A stretch of 64,000 nt of DNA, taken from the NCBI GenBank assembly GCA_963665665.1, contig OY762428.1, positions 1,152,001 to 1,216,000 of the forward strand, read 5' to 3'. This stretch comes from Candidatus Kapaibacterium sp. (lineage in GTDB: Bacteria > Bacteroidota > Ignavibacteria > Kapaibacteriales > UBA2268). Within the stretch, counting starts at the first letter, position 1, and the number at the start of each line of letters is the position of its first letter. Shown in pieces: positions 39,901 to 49,266 of this stretch. Made by a program: the position numbers and the translations under genes. The notes under the pieces were generated by a model that saw only the letters and a program-made list of their open reading frames with translations, was not told where the DNA came from and did no database searches.

Positions 39901-40184
39901 TTTTTTGAATTCAGGAAGCTTTCAACTTCTTTGAAAACATCTATTTGATTGGGGAATTTGCCGTCAGCGCCAATTCTTTGCGACCAGAAATTCTCAAGTC
40001 GCTTGAATGGCTTCCAGCCCATTCCCTTGCCGGGAGACTCATTCCCCCAGTAATTAAAATAACTCTCACTTATTTCATGCATGTTCTTAGGTGAATTTTC
40101 AAATTCCATCCATACCTGCGAACTAAGGTTGGAATATGAAAAGAGAAAAAGCAATGTTGCCAAAATTGAAACAAATTTCATCAA
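36960..40184 (-). CDS. Secreted VPS10/BNR beta-propeller protein with T9SS CTD (paralog B)
   Basis: GWKPFKR, STDGG repeats, HADQH, GGDGM, ATYGRGLW; PNPASEQ...RFVKE CTD. Confidence 0.9.
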   Translation of the reverse strand: MMKFVSILATLLFLFSYSNLSSQVWMEFENSPKNMHEISESYFNYWGNESPGKGMGWKPFKRLENFWSQRIGADGKFPNQIDVFKEVESFLNSKKKKDQLLDDEPEWTLLGPTRRPALKPQTPQSGMGRINTIAFDPDNDNIIWAGAATGGVWKSTNGGTDWFTFPFTSIMSIGISDIQIAPNNSNIVYAATGDSDAGGFFGVVRGFSVGVMKTTNGGTSWTRTNLNIEPANGLLINRMLVHPSNPNIVFIASNAGILGTTDGGSNWYQYVQGICRDMEFKVDDPTTLFACFIENNQYTFRTVNLSNTSVSDPLPLPGVGRPEIAVTKANANYVYMLNANNDQGFHSLLKSTDAGKNWFVVADGAETPNYLHSDIDGGGEGGQGIYDLAIAISPYNENEVYIGGVNLWKSVNGGVSFSILTSWTGVGAPWIHADQHCLVFDSNGNLYSGNDGGIHKTTDRGTSWSDLSDGLEITQFYKSTGTEKNKNLIVAGSQDNGTSMLKNGQWKTILGGDGMDCLIDQEDERYIYTSLYYGSVWRSTDGGDSFLPLVNQAAVNEAGAWVTPYVFDPQDTKTIYIGYQNIFKLENRGETGERLSNFGLPTTVRHISVAPSNSDFIYVLMNWDGESYKMIRTTDGGRNWGILITAGLPFSSVAVDPKSPEHFWFTLGGYGDGEKVYEFTGTEFVNVSGSLPNVPVNCIAYQNDTPDRLYIGTDIGVLYKDNNMEDWELYGVNLPNVVINDLDIVYSNGVMRAATYGRGLWEVPVSNCSLQAPDVEIQGKTSLCEGETTTLSVPDIYKSYEWNNGETTNSIVVDETGDYYCTVTDNQNCKASTETVSVTVNPVPDLKLRALGGNPFCQGDTITLTASISFEEFLWSTGETDRNIKVWQPGEYSCKGTTDAGCIKIDTIMVEMLDAPDKPVVTKNETTLTSSEAQAYQWYKDGKKISGATSRDYTVIENGIYYVEISSENGCKAVSEPMEVIVSSVDDQEVVSSYLVVRPNPASEQITVESFADGINNYRIRITDILGKNCYSGEYNSNSQMIRQKIDISNLEPGVYIIILESGSKLLNTRFVKE

Positions 40185-40387
40185 TTACTCCGTACAAATA
40201 TTAATCACAACACTCTATCAAATAAAACATTGCAGTTTAAGGAAATATTTAATAATATTCAAGGAATATCGGAAAATAATGACAGGATTTATATTAATAC
40301 CCGCAGTTAGCATTATAAACAAACAAAAAAGCCCCGATTAAAACCGGAGCTTATAATATAAATTTTAGAATATTTCAGAATAAAATT

Positions 40388-41350
40388 TTATCTGCTGATA
40401 GAAAGTATTTCCTGCCTTGTAATACCGTTCATTTCCAGGTTCAAATAGTAAATACCTGTAGGAATATTCGGAGCCATAAGATTATATATATACTCTCTTC
40501 CCGTATTTTGAATATTATCTGACAAAATCAAGGTTCCGTAACTGTCATATAATTCAATACTGATATTACCCGGTTGCAATGTCTGTATGTTTAGTTTTGT
40601 ACTTCCGGTAAATGGATTGGGGGCTATAGTGCAGGTAAAGTTTTCACTTCTGTCAGACACGGAATTTATCAAATCCAATACCATTAAACTGATCTTTATT
40701 TCCTCACCGCTATTCATTTTAATAAACAACTGATATTTGTTAGCATAGCCATAATAGGGTGATTCGTCAATAAAAGGGCCATACAGTTCCGTAGAATCAG
40801 AATTTCCTTTTGCTTTAACCGCAATAATTACTTCGTCGTCATATACTCCCTGAACCCCTCGCGTTACTTTGAAGCTGTCAATTTCGGCTTCATAGATCGT
40901 ACCCCAACTGATTACAACTCTATTATCCTCTTTTTTCGGGAAAAAAATATTATGGCAGTCGAAAAACACATAATCAATATCAACCATCAATATTTCAGAT
41001 GTTTCAAAACTACCATCCTTATCATGAATTTCCAGTTTGTATGCATTTTCTGCTCCTGGAATAAAATCAGTATCATTAATAGTATATTCCTTTATCTCCG
41101 CACTTGACCCGGCAGCCTGAACTTCTGCAACAACTTCATAAGGCCCGATAGCTCCCTGCTCAGCAACTGCCCTTTTCACAACAAATTTATCAGTATTTTC
41201 TTCAGAATTTGTTGCCCAGTCAATTTTAACTGATTCGTCCTGCCAGCTTGCTTTAAAATACGATAGCTCCGCCGGACATATTTTCTTACCGTTTCCGGCA
41301 AATAATAAAAAGGGAATAAAGAAAAATATTAGCATTGTTAAATATCTCAT
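40388..41350 (-). CDS. Small T9SS cargo: two PVEL-type Ig-like domains + CTD
   Basis: Start MRYLT (signal peptide); PAELSYF...W.T.SE.N...F.V.R pattern occurs twice; APNPFTG...GIYYL CTD. Confidence 0.8.
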   Translation of the reverse strand: MRYLTMLIFFFIPFLLFAGNGKKICPAELSYFKASWQDESVKIDWATNSEENTDKFVVKRAVAEQGAIGPYEVVAEVQAAGSSAEIKEYTINDTDFIPGAENAYKLEIHDKDGSFETSEILMVDIDYVFFDCHNIFFPKKEDNRVVISWGTIYEAEIDSFKVTRGVQGVYDDEVIIAVKAKGNSDSTELYGPFIDESPYYGYANKYQLFIKMNSGEEIKISLMVLDLINSVSDRSENFTCTIAPNPFTGSTKLNIQTLQPGNISIELYDSYGTLILSDNIQNTGREYIYNLMAPNIPTGIYYLNLEMNGITRQEILSISR

Positions 41351-41516
41351 TGTTCCTCGCTCCGGATAATTGTGATTGAAATCAATTCGTTTTATAAATG
41401 TAACAATCAAATTTATGAAAATAATTTTGTATAACAAAAATTCCTGATATACCAGCCACCACAATCTACAAATTCAGACGCAGAGCAGAGAAAGGATTTC
41501 CCGGGCCTTTTCAGAA

Positions 41517-41682
41517 TGTCATTCCCTGTCCCGCTACGGATAAATCCCCGATAAATCGTGTCAGGCAGGTTCAGGCTGCCGGAGCGAAACAACTGAAAAT
41601 CCCATATTCTATATCAGATAATGTTGAAGAGCGGACTGTAATCTTAGCTTAGTCAAAGATCCCGTTCTGTCGGGGAATAACA
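41517..41682. repeat. Degenerate nested palindromic repeat; copy 3
   Basis: tgtcattcc... left end with cccg hairpin fragments; right end tag[tcaaagatcccgttctgtcgggg]aataac resembles 7966-7997. Confidence 0.5.
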
Positions 41683-41969
41683 AACTGCTAAATGATCTGA
41701 ATAACAAAACATCCCGCTAAGAGTTTTAAGCCTTTTCCTGATACGAGCATTAGCCTGCCGGATTTTATGCTTTGTGCCGCATTTCCCAGTTTTGTTCCCG
41801 AATGCAATATTGAACCTTCCCCGCGAAGTCCCTGAATTCCTGCCCGAAAAAGCAAAATTATTTCTCATATATAAATTTTCCCGCTGCTGCACTTGCTCTA
41901 TGGCCTCCGGGATATTTAATTTCACCCTTGTATTTGCCATTGTTTGGCAGACATATCCAAGCTTTTCTG

Positions 41970-42470
41970 CAATAATATAAATTCTAATATTTGAATAATT
42001 ATATTATTATTCCAAATTATACTATTATCTATATAAATTACTATATTTTATATTGTTATAATAATATAACCAATCAGTCTTACCCTTGATATAGTTCATC
42101 TAACTAAATTATTAATATAAATTATTATATAATTATTACATATTATTAAATAATATTTGTAATCGATATAATTATTGATTTATCCTATAAAATATATTAT
42201 TAATTTTATCATTTATATAGTATATCTTTTTTGTTAGATATATTGAGTATTTTATAATTTATGTTATTTATTTTATTGCTTTAATCAATAATCTTATAAT
42301 TTGTTATGATAATATTTTTGAATGCGTCAAATTAATTATTATATGGATCGCTAATATTCTAATTTATATCATTAATTCCATAATTAGTAATAATTATATT
42401 ATAGTTTGATTTAGATATTTTATTTGACAGTTCAAATATTTACTTATTTATATAACTTATTCGATATTAT
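41970..42470. other. Extremely AT-rich non-coding tract
   Basis: About 500 bp with very few G/C and no ORF of 60 aa or more contained in it. Confidence 0.8.
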
Positions 42471-42757
42471 TAATTCAGGAATCTGTATTGACAGGCAAAC
42501 AGAGATTATTACGAAGCAATACAAAGCCATTTTTTGTTCGAATTTTGCTGAAGTAAATGATCGGATCGATATTATATGTAAGGAAAATCCTGTACAAGGG
42601 AATTAATTCAATATTTTGGAACTTCTAAACGCATTGTTCTGACCTACGAATTATAATATACGTTGGATAAAAGACTTCCCAAGCCTTTATTTCTATCGGA
42701 TTAAATGATCGAAAGAGCTTTTAGTGTGAATAAATTCAACTTTCCTATACAATAACA

Positions 42758-42787
42758 GAAAACTTCCGACTGTTGCCGGAAGTTTTC
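42758..42787 (-). terminator. Terminator hairpin downstream of gldA
   Basis: gaaaacttccg-N8-cggaagttttc perfect 11-bp stem. Confidence 0.7.
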
Positions 42788-42889
42788 CATAAACTATCAG
42801 TAGGGATAATTCTATTTGCAGTCAAGCTTCAGAGCTTCGGCAATTTTTTCCCAGGATAATGTCAGCCACATGCCTTTTTACTTCTCATA

Positions 42890-43999
42890 TCAGAAAATTA
42901 ATCGGTTTTTCCTTTTCCTGCCAGTGGCGTCTGCTGCAATCAATGCATTCAAAACTTTATCCGGCGAAATAATTCCGGCTTCTTTATGAATTGATTCCTG
43001 TGGTTGGCATGCTTTTCGGGCAGCATCCGGCAATAAAGCCATTTTATCGCTGTTGATTCCAATTTCAGCAAATGTTGTCGGAAGGCCTAGTTCTTCACAG
43101 AAAGAATATACTTCCTCGATTTCTTCAATTGGCGCATCATTCAGATGCAATCCGGTAAGTGTTCCGAAGGCCACTTTCTCACCGTGGTAATAGTCCCGGG
43201 TTTCGGGAATTGCAGTTAACCCGTTATGAATTGAATGTGCAGCAGCAAGGCCTGAGCTTTCAAAACCAATACCGCTCAGCAGAATATTCGCTTCTATAAC
43301 ATGATCCAGTGCGGGAGTAACAATATTGTTTTCACATGCTGTTTTGGCTGCCGAACCATATTCAAGCAGAATATCATAACAAAGCCCGGCAAGATTCATT
43401 GCTGCCAGAGTGCTGTATCCACCGCATTCATTTGCAGATTTGCTACGGTTGCAGGAAGAAGCTTCGAACCATGTGGCCAGGGCATCACCCATACCGGCAA
43501 GAAGAAAACGCACCGGAGCCATAGCAATAACCTTAGAATCAACCAACACAACTTCGGGATTCATCTTCTGGTAATAAACCGATTCAAATTTTCCGTCCTC
43601 TGAATAAATAACAGCGCACCCGCTGCAAGGTGCATCCGAAGATGCAATTGTCGGAACAATAATGACCGGCAAACCGGCACGGTCGGCAACAATCTTAGCG
43701 GCATCAATAACTTTTCCGCCTCCCATACCGATAACAATATCTGCATTATTAGTTTCGATTACATTGCTGATACGTTGCAACTCACTCTCACAGCATTCTC
43801 CGCCAAAACCGGAATATACATTATTTGCCGGTAGAGTAATTTTAGGTAAAATATCTCTCATTACTGTCGGGGAGGCAATTGTTATCGGACTACTGCCCAG
43901 CAGGCTGATCAAATCGGGAAGCTGATCAATTGCATTTTCTCCCTGGATATACTTTCCTGGAAATGCTGCTTTGAATATTTCTCTGTTCCCTGATTCCAT
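42890..43999 (-). CDS. gldA: Glycerol dehydrogenase
   Basis: PGKYIQG, GGECC..E, GGGK..D, PTIASSDAPCS, AGMGDALATWFEA, AAAHSIHNGL and HGEKVAFG. Confidence 0.93.
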   Translation of the reverse strand: MESGNREIFKAAFPGKYIQGENAIDQLPDLISLLGSSPITIASPTVMRDILPKITLPANNVYSGFGGECCESELQRISNVIETNNADIVIGMGGGKVIDAAKIVADRAGLPVIIVPTIASSDAPCSGCAVIYSEDGKFESVYYQKMNPEVVLVDSKVIAMAPVRFLLAGMGDALATWFEASSCNRSKSANECGGYSTLAAMNLAGLCYDILLEYGSAAKTACENNIVTPALDHVIEANILLSGIGFESSGLAAAHSIHNGLTAIPETRDYYHGEKVAFGTLTGLHLNDAPIEEIEEVYSFCEELGLPTTFAEIGINSDKMALLPDAARKACQPQESIHKEAGIISPDKVLNALIAADATGRKRKNRLIF

Positions 44000-44025
44000 G
44001 ATGGTCTTTCAAAATTTATTAATTA

Positions 44026-44784
44026 TTAAATTGATTTTATTGCATCCGATGGCAGCCAGCCGACGTCTCCGTTTGCAAGTTTTATTTTCAGCCATTCATT
44101 CACCTTATCAAGAACTTTTACTTTAGCGCCCTCGTGCAGGATGAAAAGATCAGTACTATTCTCATCGGGAGAGCTCTTCACGTAAACGTTAACTGCAAAT
44201 ACAACGCCGCCACTGTTATCATTTTCAATCTGATTCGACTGATATCCCAGGTATGTTGAAATCCCGAAAAGCACTATCATCATAAAAGCTCCGGCAAAAA
44301 GTATTTTTTTAATCGCAGGCGACCAGATAAACATGAACCCGACGAGCATAAGGAATGCAAGCCATATAAATATAACAGCCGAAACGGCCCATCCTGTTGA
44401 AGACATCATACCAATAAATGATTCAAGCCACTCGGTAAGGAAGAATTTCGGTACGGGTGGAATTTTATCAATAGTACGAAGCATTGCCACATTTCTGTTA
44501 AAATCAATATCCTCATCTCCGGGAGATAGTTTTGCCGCTTTTTCGAAATATAAAATTGTCTCCGGAATTTTCCTCAGCCTGTAATAACAATTACCCATGT
44601 TATAATACAGATCAGCGGATTCTATCCCGTTTTTTTCAAGTTGGCTGTATAATTCCAGAGCCTGGGAATATTTGCCATCACTATAAAGATCATTAGCTTT
44701 TTTGAATGTATCAGTATTGCTTTCCGCTAAAAGCGAAACAGTAGCAAGTATTGTTATCAATATTATTATCAATGTGTTTCTCAT
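44026..44784 (-). CDS. batE: BatE (TPR + SH3b) protein
   Basis: YYNMGNCYY TPR, 2 TM, LFILHEGAKV..W.KI.L..G.VGW; position in bat operon. Confidence 0.88.
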   Translation of the reverse strand: MRNTLIIILITILATVSLLAESNTDTFKKANDLYSDGKYSQALELYSQLEKNGIESADLYYNMGNCYYRLRKIPETILYFEKAAKLSPGDEDIDFNRNVAMLRTIDKIPPVPKFFLTEWLESFIGMMSSTGWAVSAVIFIWLAFLMLVGFMFIWSPAIKKILFAGAFMMIVLFGISTYLGYQSNQIENDNSGGVVFAVNVYVKSSPDENSTDLFILHEGAKVKVLDKVNEWLKIKLANGDVGWLPSDAIKSI

Positions 44785-46589
44785 TTTAACCAGCCCTCCA
44801 TGTCAGTTATCAATGAAGCCGCGTTATCATAGGTTTTCTGCATAGCGCCGCTCTCACCGGAAGGTGAATAGCGAGCAAACTCGCATTCGTCAATTGTTTC
44901 CATATACAGTTCTGCTTTTTCGAGTGATACTTTGCGTTTATGCAATTCCTCCAGGGCAACATCTTTATTCAGATCGGCAAATTGAATTCCAAGTTTATCA
45001 CTTAGATATCCCCAGAGAGCTTTACTTGTCTCTTCATAAAATTTATCCCTGTCGTTTGCCGTCAGATGTTTCTTCGCGGCTGACAATCTTGCTTTCGCAA
45101 CTTTTGTAGCTTTTTTATTTCTTAAAAGGCTTTGATTCCTATTTTCTTCCTCTCGTTTTTTCCTGAAGAAAAACAGGAGAAAAAACAATGGAACAGGAAG
45201 CAGGGTGAGAATAATAAAGCCGAAAGATCCGAAAAATGATGGTTCCGATTTTGCTAAATCTGATGCATCAGTTTTAATAAACCTGATATCTTTACCAAGG
45301 TATTTCACATTTTCTTTCCGCACCCCTTCAACAACAGCCGATGAAGTACCGCCTTTACCTTTTGTAACTTTAATAGTAAATGGTTCGGAAGTGAGTGTAA
45401 CATACTTCTTTTTATCCAGGTCGAAATAAGTAAATTCTACAGGTTCAATATCGAACTCACCCGGATTGCGGGGAATCAGTAAGTATTCAAAAGTTTTATT
45501 ACCCTTGAAGCCGCCTGCAGAAACAGAAAGATTATCGGATTCCTTGGGTTCGTAGGATTCAATATCCGGTGGTAATTCAACTGCTATAGGGTCAATCAAT
45601 TTGATATTACCACTGCCGCTGATTCGGATTTTCAGGCTAACAGGCTCATTGGATTTTGTTTCGGTTTTGTCCAGCCAGGCTTTCATTTCAAGCCGGCCAA
45701 CACCGCCTGCAAAACTTGCAGGAGGATTATCAGGAAGTGGTTTAACCGTTATCGAACCTGCCCTGGAACGCACGGTATGATCAAAATTCTTATAATTCCT
45801 TGATCCGAAGAATGATTCAAACGGATCGCGAGACCTGCGGCCACCGTTTACCTGAAGCTGAGCCACGGCATTAAGTTCAACAGGATCGATAGACAATTTT
45901 CCAACCTGTTGCGGCAGAAGCATAACTTTCTGAATAGTAACAGCCTCATAACGTACTCCGTCAAGTACTTCAGCCCGCCAGTTCTGCTTTGCCCCCAGGT
46001 CCTGAGCCCAGAATCCGTTGAAAGCAGGCATTTTAGGAAGATCAAGATCTGCAAGACGCAAATCGGGATGCTTGTATAATGTGTAAGTTACCATAACAGG
46101 TTCGCCAAGATACACGGTCTTTTTACTTTGGCTGAGCCTGACAAAAAGATTATCTGCAATTATTTTCCTTGCCTGGCTGGTTTGATCCTTTTCCTGCTGC
46201 TGTTTTGCTATCTGAGCCTTCGTCGGGTCTGTTACCCGGATAGTTATTGAATTCGATCTGACAGTTTTACCATCAACTTTTACCGTAGCAGGTTTTATTG
46301 TATAAGTTCCCTTTTTGGGTGCCTGCAGGACATAAGTAAATGATTTCGACTGGCTCATCCTGCCGTTTATAATACTCGTACTCGAGGATTGGCTGGGCCC
46401 CATCAATACTTTGAAAGGCGAAAAGCGTGGCGGGCTGAAATTTGAGCCGTTCCCTTCAATATTAAAAGTCAATTGGAATCTTTCACCCTGCGATACCGGA
46501 TTCTTGCTGACCGATGCCGTGAATTTCGCGGCAAATAAATTGGTCAGAGCCAGTGTAAATATTACTAATATTAATGATAATCTTTTCAT
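44781..46589 (-). CDS. batD: BatD oxygen-tolerance family protein
   Basis: GPSQSSSTSIINGR, F.GGVG, DIRFIK, late TM and CEFARYSP. Confidence 0.9.
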   Translation of the reverse strand: MKRLSLILVIFTLALTNLFAAKFTASVSKNPVSQGERFQLTFNIEGNGSNFSPPRFSPFKVLMGPSQSSSTSIINGRMSQSKSFTYVLQAPKKGTYTIKPATVKVDGKTVRSNSITIRVTDPTKAQIAKQQQEKDQTSQARKIIADNLFVRLSQSKKTVYLGEPVMVTYTLYKHPDLRLADLDLPKMPAFNGFWAQDLGAKQNWRAEVLDGVRYEAVTIQKVMLLPQQVGKLSIDPVELNAVAQLQVNGGRRSRDPFESFFGSRNYKNFDHTVRSRAGSITVKPLPDNPPASFAGGVGRLEMKAWLDKTETKSNEPVSLKIRISGSGNIKLIDPIAVELPPDIESYEPKESDNLSVSAGGFKGNKTFEYLLIPRNPGEFDIEPVEFTYFDLDKKKYVTLTSEPFTIKVTKGKGGTSSAVVEGVRKENVKYLGKDIRFIKTDASDLAKSEPSFFGSFGFIILTLLPVPLFFLLFFFRKKREEENRNQSLLRNKKATKVAKARLSAAKKHLTANDRDKFYEETSKALWGYLSDKLGIQFADLNKDVALEELHKRKVSLEKAELYMETIDECEFARYSPSGESGAMQKTYDNAASLITDMEGWLK

Positions 46590-46624
46590 AATACCGATTC
46601 AATATTGATTGACAATAGTTGAAA

Positions 46625-47437
46625 TTACCAGTTCTTTTCAAGTTTTCTTTTATTACCTTTTTTCTTTTGCAGTTTTTTCAGAACATTTTTCTCATCCCTT
46701 TGCAATGCCTGGAGAATCCTGCGCGCTTCCTCGTCAGAGATTTTTTGATCTTTTCTTTCTCCCTGCTGAGCCTGCTGCTGGTCTTTCTTGTCTCCCTGCT
46801 GCTGTTGCTGCTGCTGCTGCTCTTTTTTATCCTGGTTTTGCTTGTCCTGATTTTGCTGCTGCTGGTCCTGTTTATCTTTATTCTGGTCTTTTTTATCCTT
46901 ATTCTGCTGATCTTTGTTCTGTTGGTCTTTGTTTTGATCTTTATTCTGGTCTTTTTTGTCCTGATCTTTCTGATCCTTATTCTGCTGTTGCTGCTGTTGT
47001 TGTCTCATTTTTTCAAGGGCATACTGAAGGTTATATTTCGTATCCATATCTTTGGGATTAAGTTTCAATGCATTTTTATATGCATCTATACTTTCCTTGT
47101 ATTTCTGCGCCTGTAAAAAAGAGTTCCCAAGATTATGAAATACTTTTGCTTTAGTATCATCATCAAGGTTGAGATTTGATACATTGGCAAAATGTTTTGC
47201 AGCATCCTCGTAATTTCCCTGCTTATAAATAGCGTCGCCCAGGTTGAAGGAACCTTTAGTATTCAACGGGTCTTCCTCCAAAGCCTTTCGGTATTTTATT
47301 TCCGCTTCATTGTATTTTTTTTCTTTATACTGCTTGTTGCCTTCGCTGATCTGGCTTTTTACTTCGTCAGCTTCGGCATAAGAAAACAGAATAAAAATTG
47401 ATAATAACACAGGAACAAATATTTTCATTTTACTCAT
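46625..47437 (-). CDS. batC: BatC TPR protein with Q/D/K-rich linker
   Basis: GNKQY..KKY.EAE..YRKAL, FNLG, HNLGN, low-complexity linker, C-terminal EKNW; start moved to MSKMK. Confidence 0.9.
   Translation of the reverse strand: MSKMKIFVPVLLSIFILFSYAEADEVKSQISEGNKQYKEKKYNEAEIKYRKALEEDPLNTKGSFNLGDAIYKQGNYEDAAKHFANVSNLNLDDDTKAKVFHNLGNSFLQAQKYKESIDAYKNALKLNPKDMDTKYNLQYALEKMRQQQQQQQNKDQKDQDKKDQNKDQNKDQQNKDQQNKDKKDQNKDKQDQQQQNQDKQNQDKKEQQQQQQQQGDKKDQQQAQQGERKDQKISDEEARRILQALQRDEKNVLKKLQKKKGNKRKLEKNW
46770..47005 (-). repeat. Low-complexity coding repeats (poly-Q, KDQNK units) in batC
   Basis: Imperfect 15-bp units and CAG/CAA runs. Confidence 0.8.
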
Positions 47438-48494
47438 TTTCTTCCCTCCTTTGATTACCACCTGCAAATACATTTAGTGCTGTCAGGTATTTGTTTCTCT
47501 TGTCGGAAACAACAAATTCAAAAACAATAAATACCAGCGCTGCCGCTATCGGATATTGGAATCGGTCTTCATATTCGGTAAACATTTTGGACCCGTATTC
47601 CTTCTTTTCCATTTTATCAATATCCTGAAGCAGTTTTTCCAGGTCCGGATCAGGGCCGTCGGCGCTGATAAACCTTCCGTTTCCGGCTGCTGCAACCTGC
47701 TGAAGCATTCCTGGATCAAGTTTAGTCAGAATGGTCTCCCCGTATTTATCTTTTCTGAATCCAACCCTGTTACCGCCTTTGTAAATCGGAATTGGCGCGC
47801 CACCGGCCGAACCCATTCCTATTGTATGAATAACTACTCCCTGCTCGGCGGCTTTTTTGGCAGTACCAAGGGCATCATCTTCATGATTCTCGCCGTCAGT
47901 AATAATAATCAGGACTTTATGCTTCTCATCATCCTTCTCGAAAGCGCTTAAAGCCGTTTCGATAGCACCACCAAGGGCTGTTCCCTGTGTTTCTATCATA
48001 TCCGTATCGATTGTTGACAGCAGAAGCTTTGCGGCACTGTAATCAGTTGTTAAAGGAAGCTGCATGAAGGATGTTCCAGCAAAAGCCACAATACCAATAC
48101 GGTCATTTCTTAACTTATCAATTAGCCTTGAAATTGATTTCTTTGCCCTTTCAAGCCTGCTTGGCTTTATGTCTTCGGCTTCCATACTATTTGATACGTC
48201 AAGGGCAATTACTACATCAACACCCTCTCTTTTTACTTCCTCCATCTTGGAACCTATCTGCGGATTGGCAATACCGAGAACGATAAATAATATCGTAATC
48301 ATAAGAAGAACAAACCTGAACCAGGGCTTGAATCGGGATACATCCGGCTGGAGCCGCCTTATAAGCCTTGTTTCACCATACTCTTCCATCAGTTCCCGCC
48401 TTCTGTGGCGAACAAAAATAAACAACAGAATGAAAAAGGGTATTAATGCCAATCCATAAAGGAAAACATCGTTTTCAAATCTGAATATGTCCAT
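47430..48494 (-). CDS. batB: BatB VWA-domain protein
   Basis: ANPQIG, DVSNSM MIDAS, PLTTDY, TDGENHE and DRFQY motifs. Confidence 0.92.
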   Translation of the reverse strand: MDIFRFENDVFLYGLALIPFFILLFIFVRHRRRELMEEYGETRLIRRLQPDVSRFKPWFRFVLLMITILFIVLGIANPQIGSKMEEVKREGVDVVIALDVSNSMEAEDIKPSRLERAKKSISRLIDKLRNDRIGIVAFAGTSFMQLPLTTDYSAAKLLLSTIDTDMIETQGTALGGAIETALSAFEKDDEKHKVLIIITDGENHEDDALGTAKKAAEQGVVIHTIGMGSAGGAPIPIYKGGNRVGFRKDKYGETILTKLDPGMLQQVAAAGNGRFISADGPDPDLEKLLQDIDKMEKKEYGSKMFTEYEDRFQYPIAAALVFIVFEFVVSDKRNKYLTALNVFAGGNQRREENE

Positions 48495-48654
48495 TAATTC
48501 TTTCTCCTATAATATACATTTATTATAATTGTCATAAACAGTTTTGCAAGTTATGAATATTCTAATAATAATAAAACACTCTGCTATCAAAAAGGATTAG
48601 CCTTTTTGCGTTATTTATGACGAAGATTTCTGCAAAAATGTTTTAAATTTTTTT

Positions 48655-48681
48655 TGTAACCAAACAGGATTTTCAAACGAC
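48655..48681 (+). promoter_or_regulatory. Putative ECF autoregulatory promoter TGTAAC-N17-CGAC
   Basis: AAC -35 and CGAC -10 typical of ECF promoters, immediately upstream of the ECF gene. Confidence 0.6.
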
Positions 48682-48687
48682 ATCCTG

Positions 48688-49266
48688 ATGTATTTGGAAT
48701 TAAGAGAATTGAAAATGGATAATCCGGATTATACAAAGCAATTTTTTGACTTACTTGAACCGGTTTACAGAAAACTGGAAAGGTTCGCCCTGGCAATTTC
48801 GCGGGATGAACATCAGGCAAAGGACATTGTAAGCGAAACTGTGCTTACAGCTCATGCCGGCTTCTCGAAATTGAGAAACAAACAAGCCTTCCTCAGTTTT
48901 CTGTTTACAATAGCAAGGCGGGCTGTCGTGAATGAATTTAGAAAAAACAGGCCTGACAGGTTTGACTATGAAATCGAACCCGACAACTTTGCTAAAGATT
49001 CAATGCTTCCTGACGTAAGGACTGATATCACCCTGCTGAGAGAGGCAATTAATAAGTTGAAAACTAAGGACAGGGAAGCAATTGTTCTTTATGAAATAAG
49101 CGGTTTTTCCGTGAAAGAACTTGCTGACATTCAGAATTGCTCGCTAACAGCAGCAAAAGTGAGGCTGTTCAGGGCAAGAAAAAAACTGGCCGGAATTCTC
49201 GGTGTTCCGGATATTAAAAAGAATGAAACAATAACCTTACAGGCTGGCGCCGGAGGTAAAATATGA
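48688..49266 (+). CDS. ECF-family RNA polymerase sigma factor (start 48688 or 48715)
   Basis: Region 2 AKDIVSET...FLSFLFTIARR; region 4 REAIVLYEISGFSVKELA...KVRLFRARKKL. Confidence 0.93.
   Translation: MYLELRELKMDNPDYTKQFFDLLEPVYRKLERFALAISRDEHQAKDIVSETVLTAHAGFSKLRNKQAFLSFLFTIARRAVVNEFRKNRPDRFDYEIEPDNFAKDSMLPDVRTDITLLREAINKLKTKDREAIVLYEISGFSVKELADIQNCSLTAAKVRLFRARKKLAGILGVPDIKKNETITLQAGAGGKI

Noticed and set aside
41653-41940. 95-aa basic ORF (MANTRVKLNIP...)
   Set aside because: No recognisable family, and its 3' end runs into a repeat element; cannot be supported
41970-42890. oriC in the AT-rich tract
   Set aside because: Only DnaA-box look-alikes with two or more mismatches were seen, and no typical origin-flanking genes
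46609-47116. Leu/Phe-rich + strand ORFs that look like membrane proteins
   Set aside because: Antisense reading of the batC Q/K/D low-complexity linker
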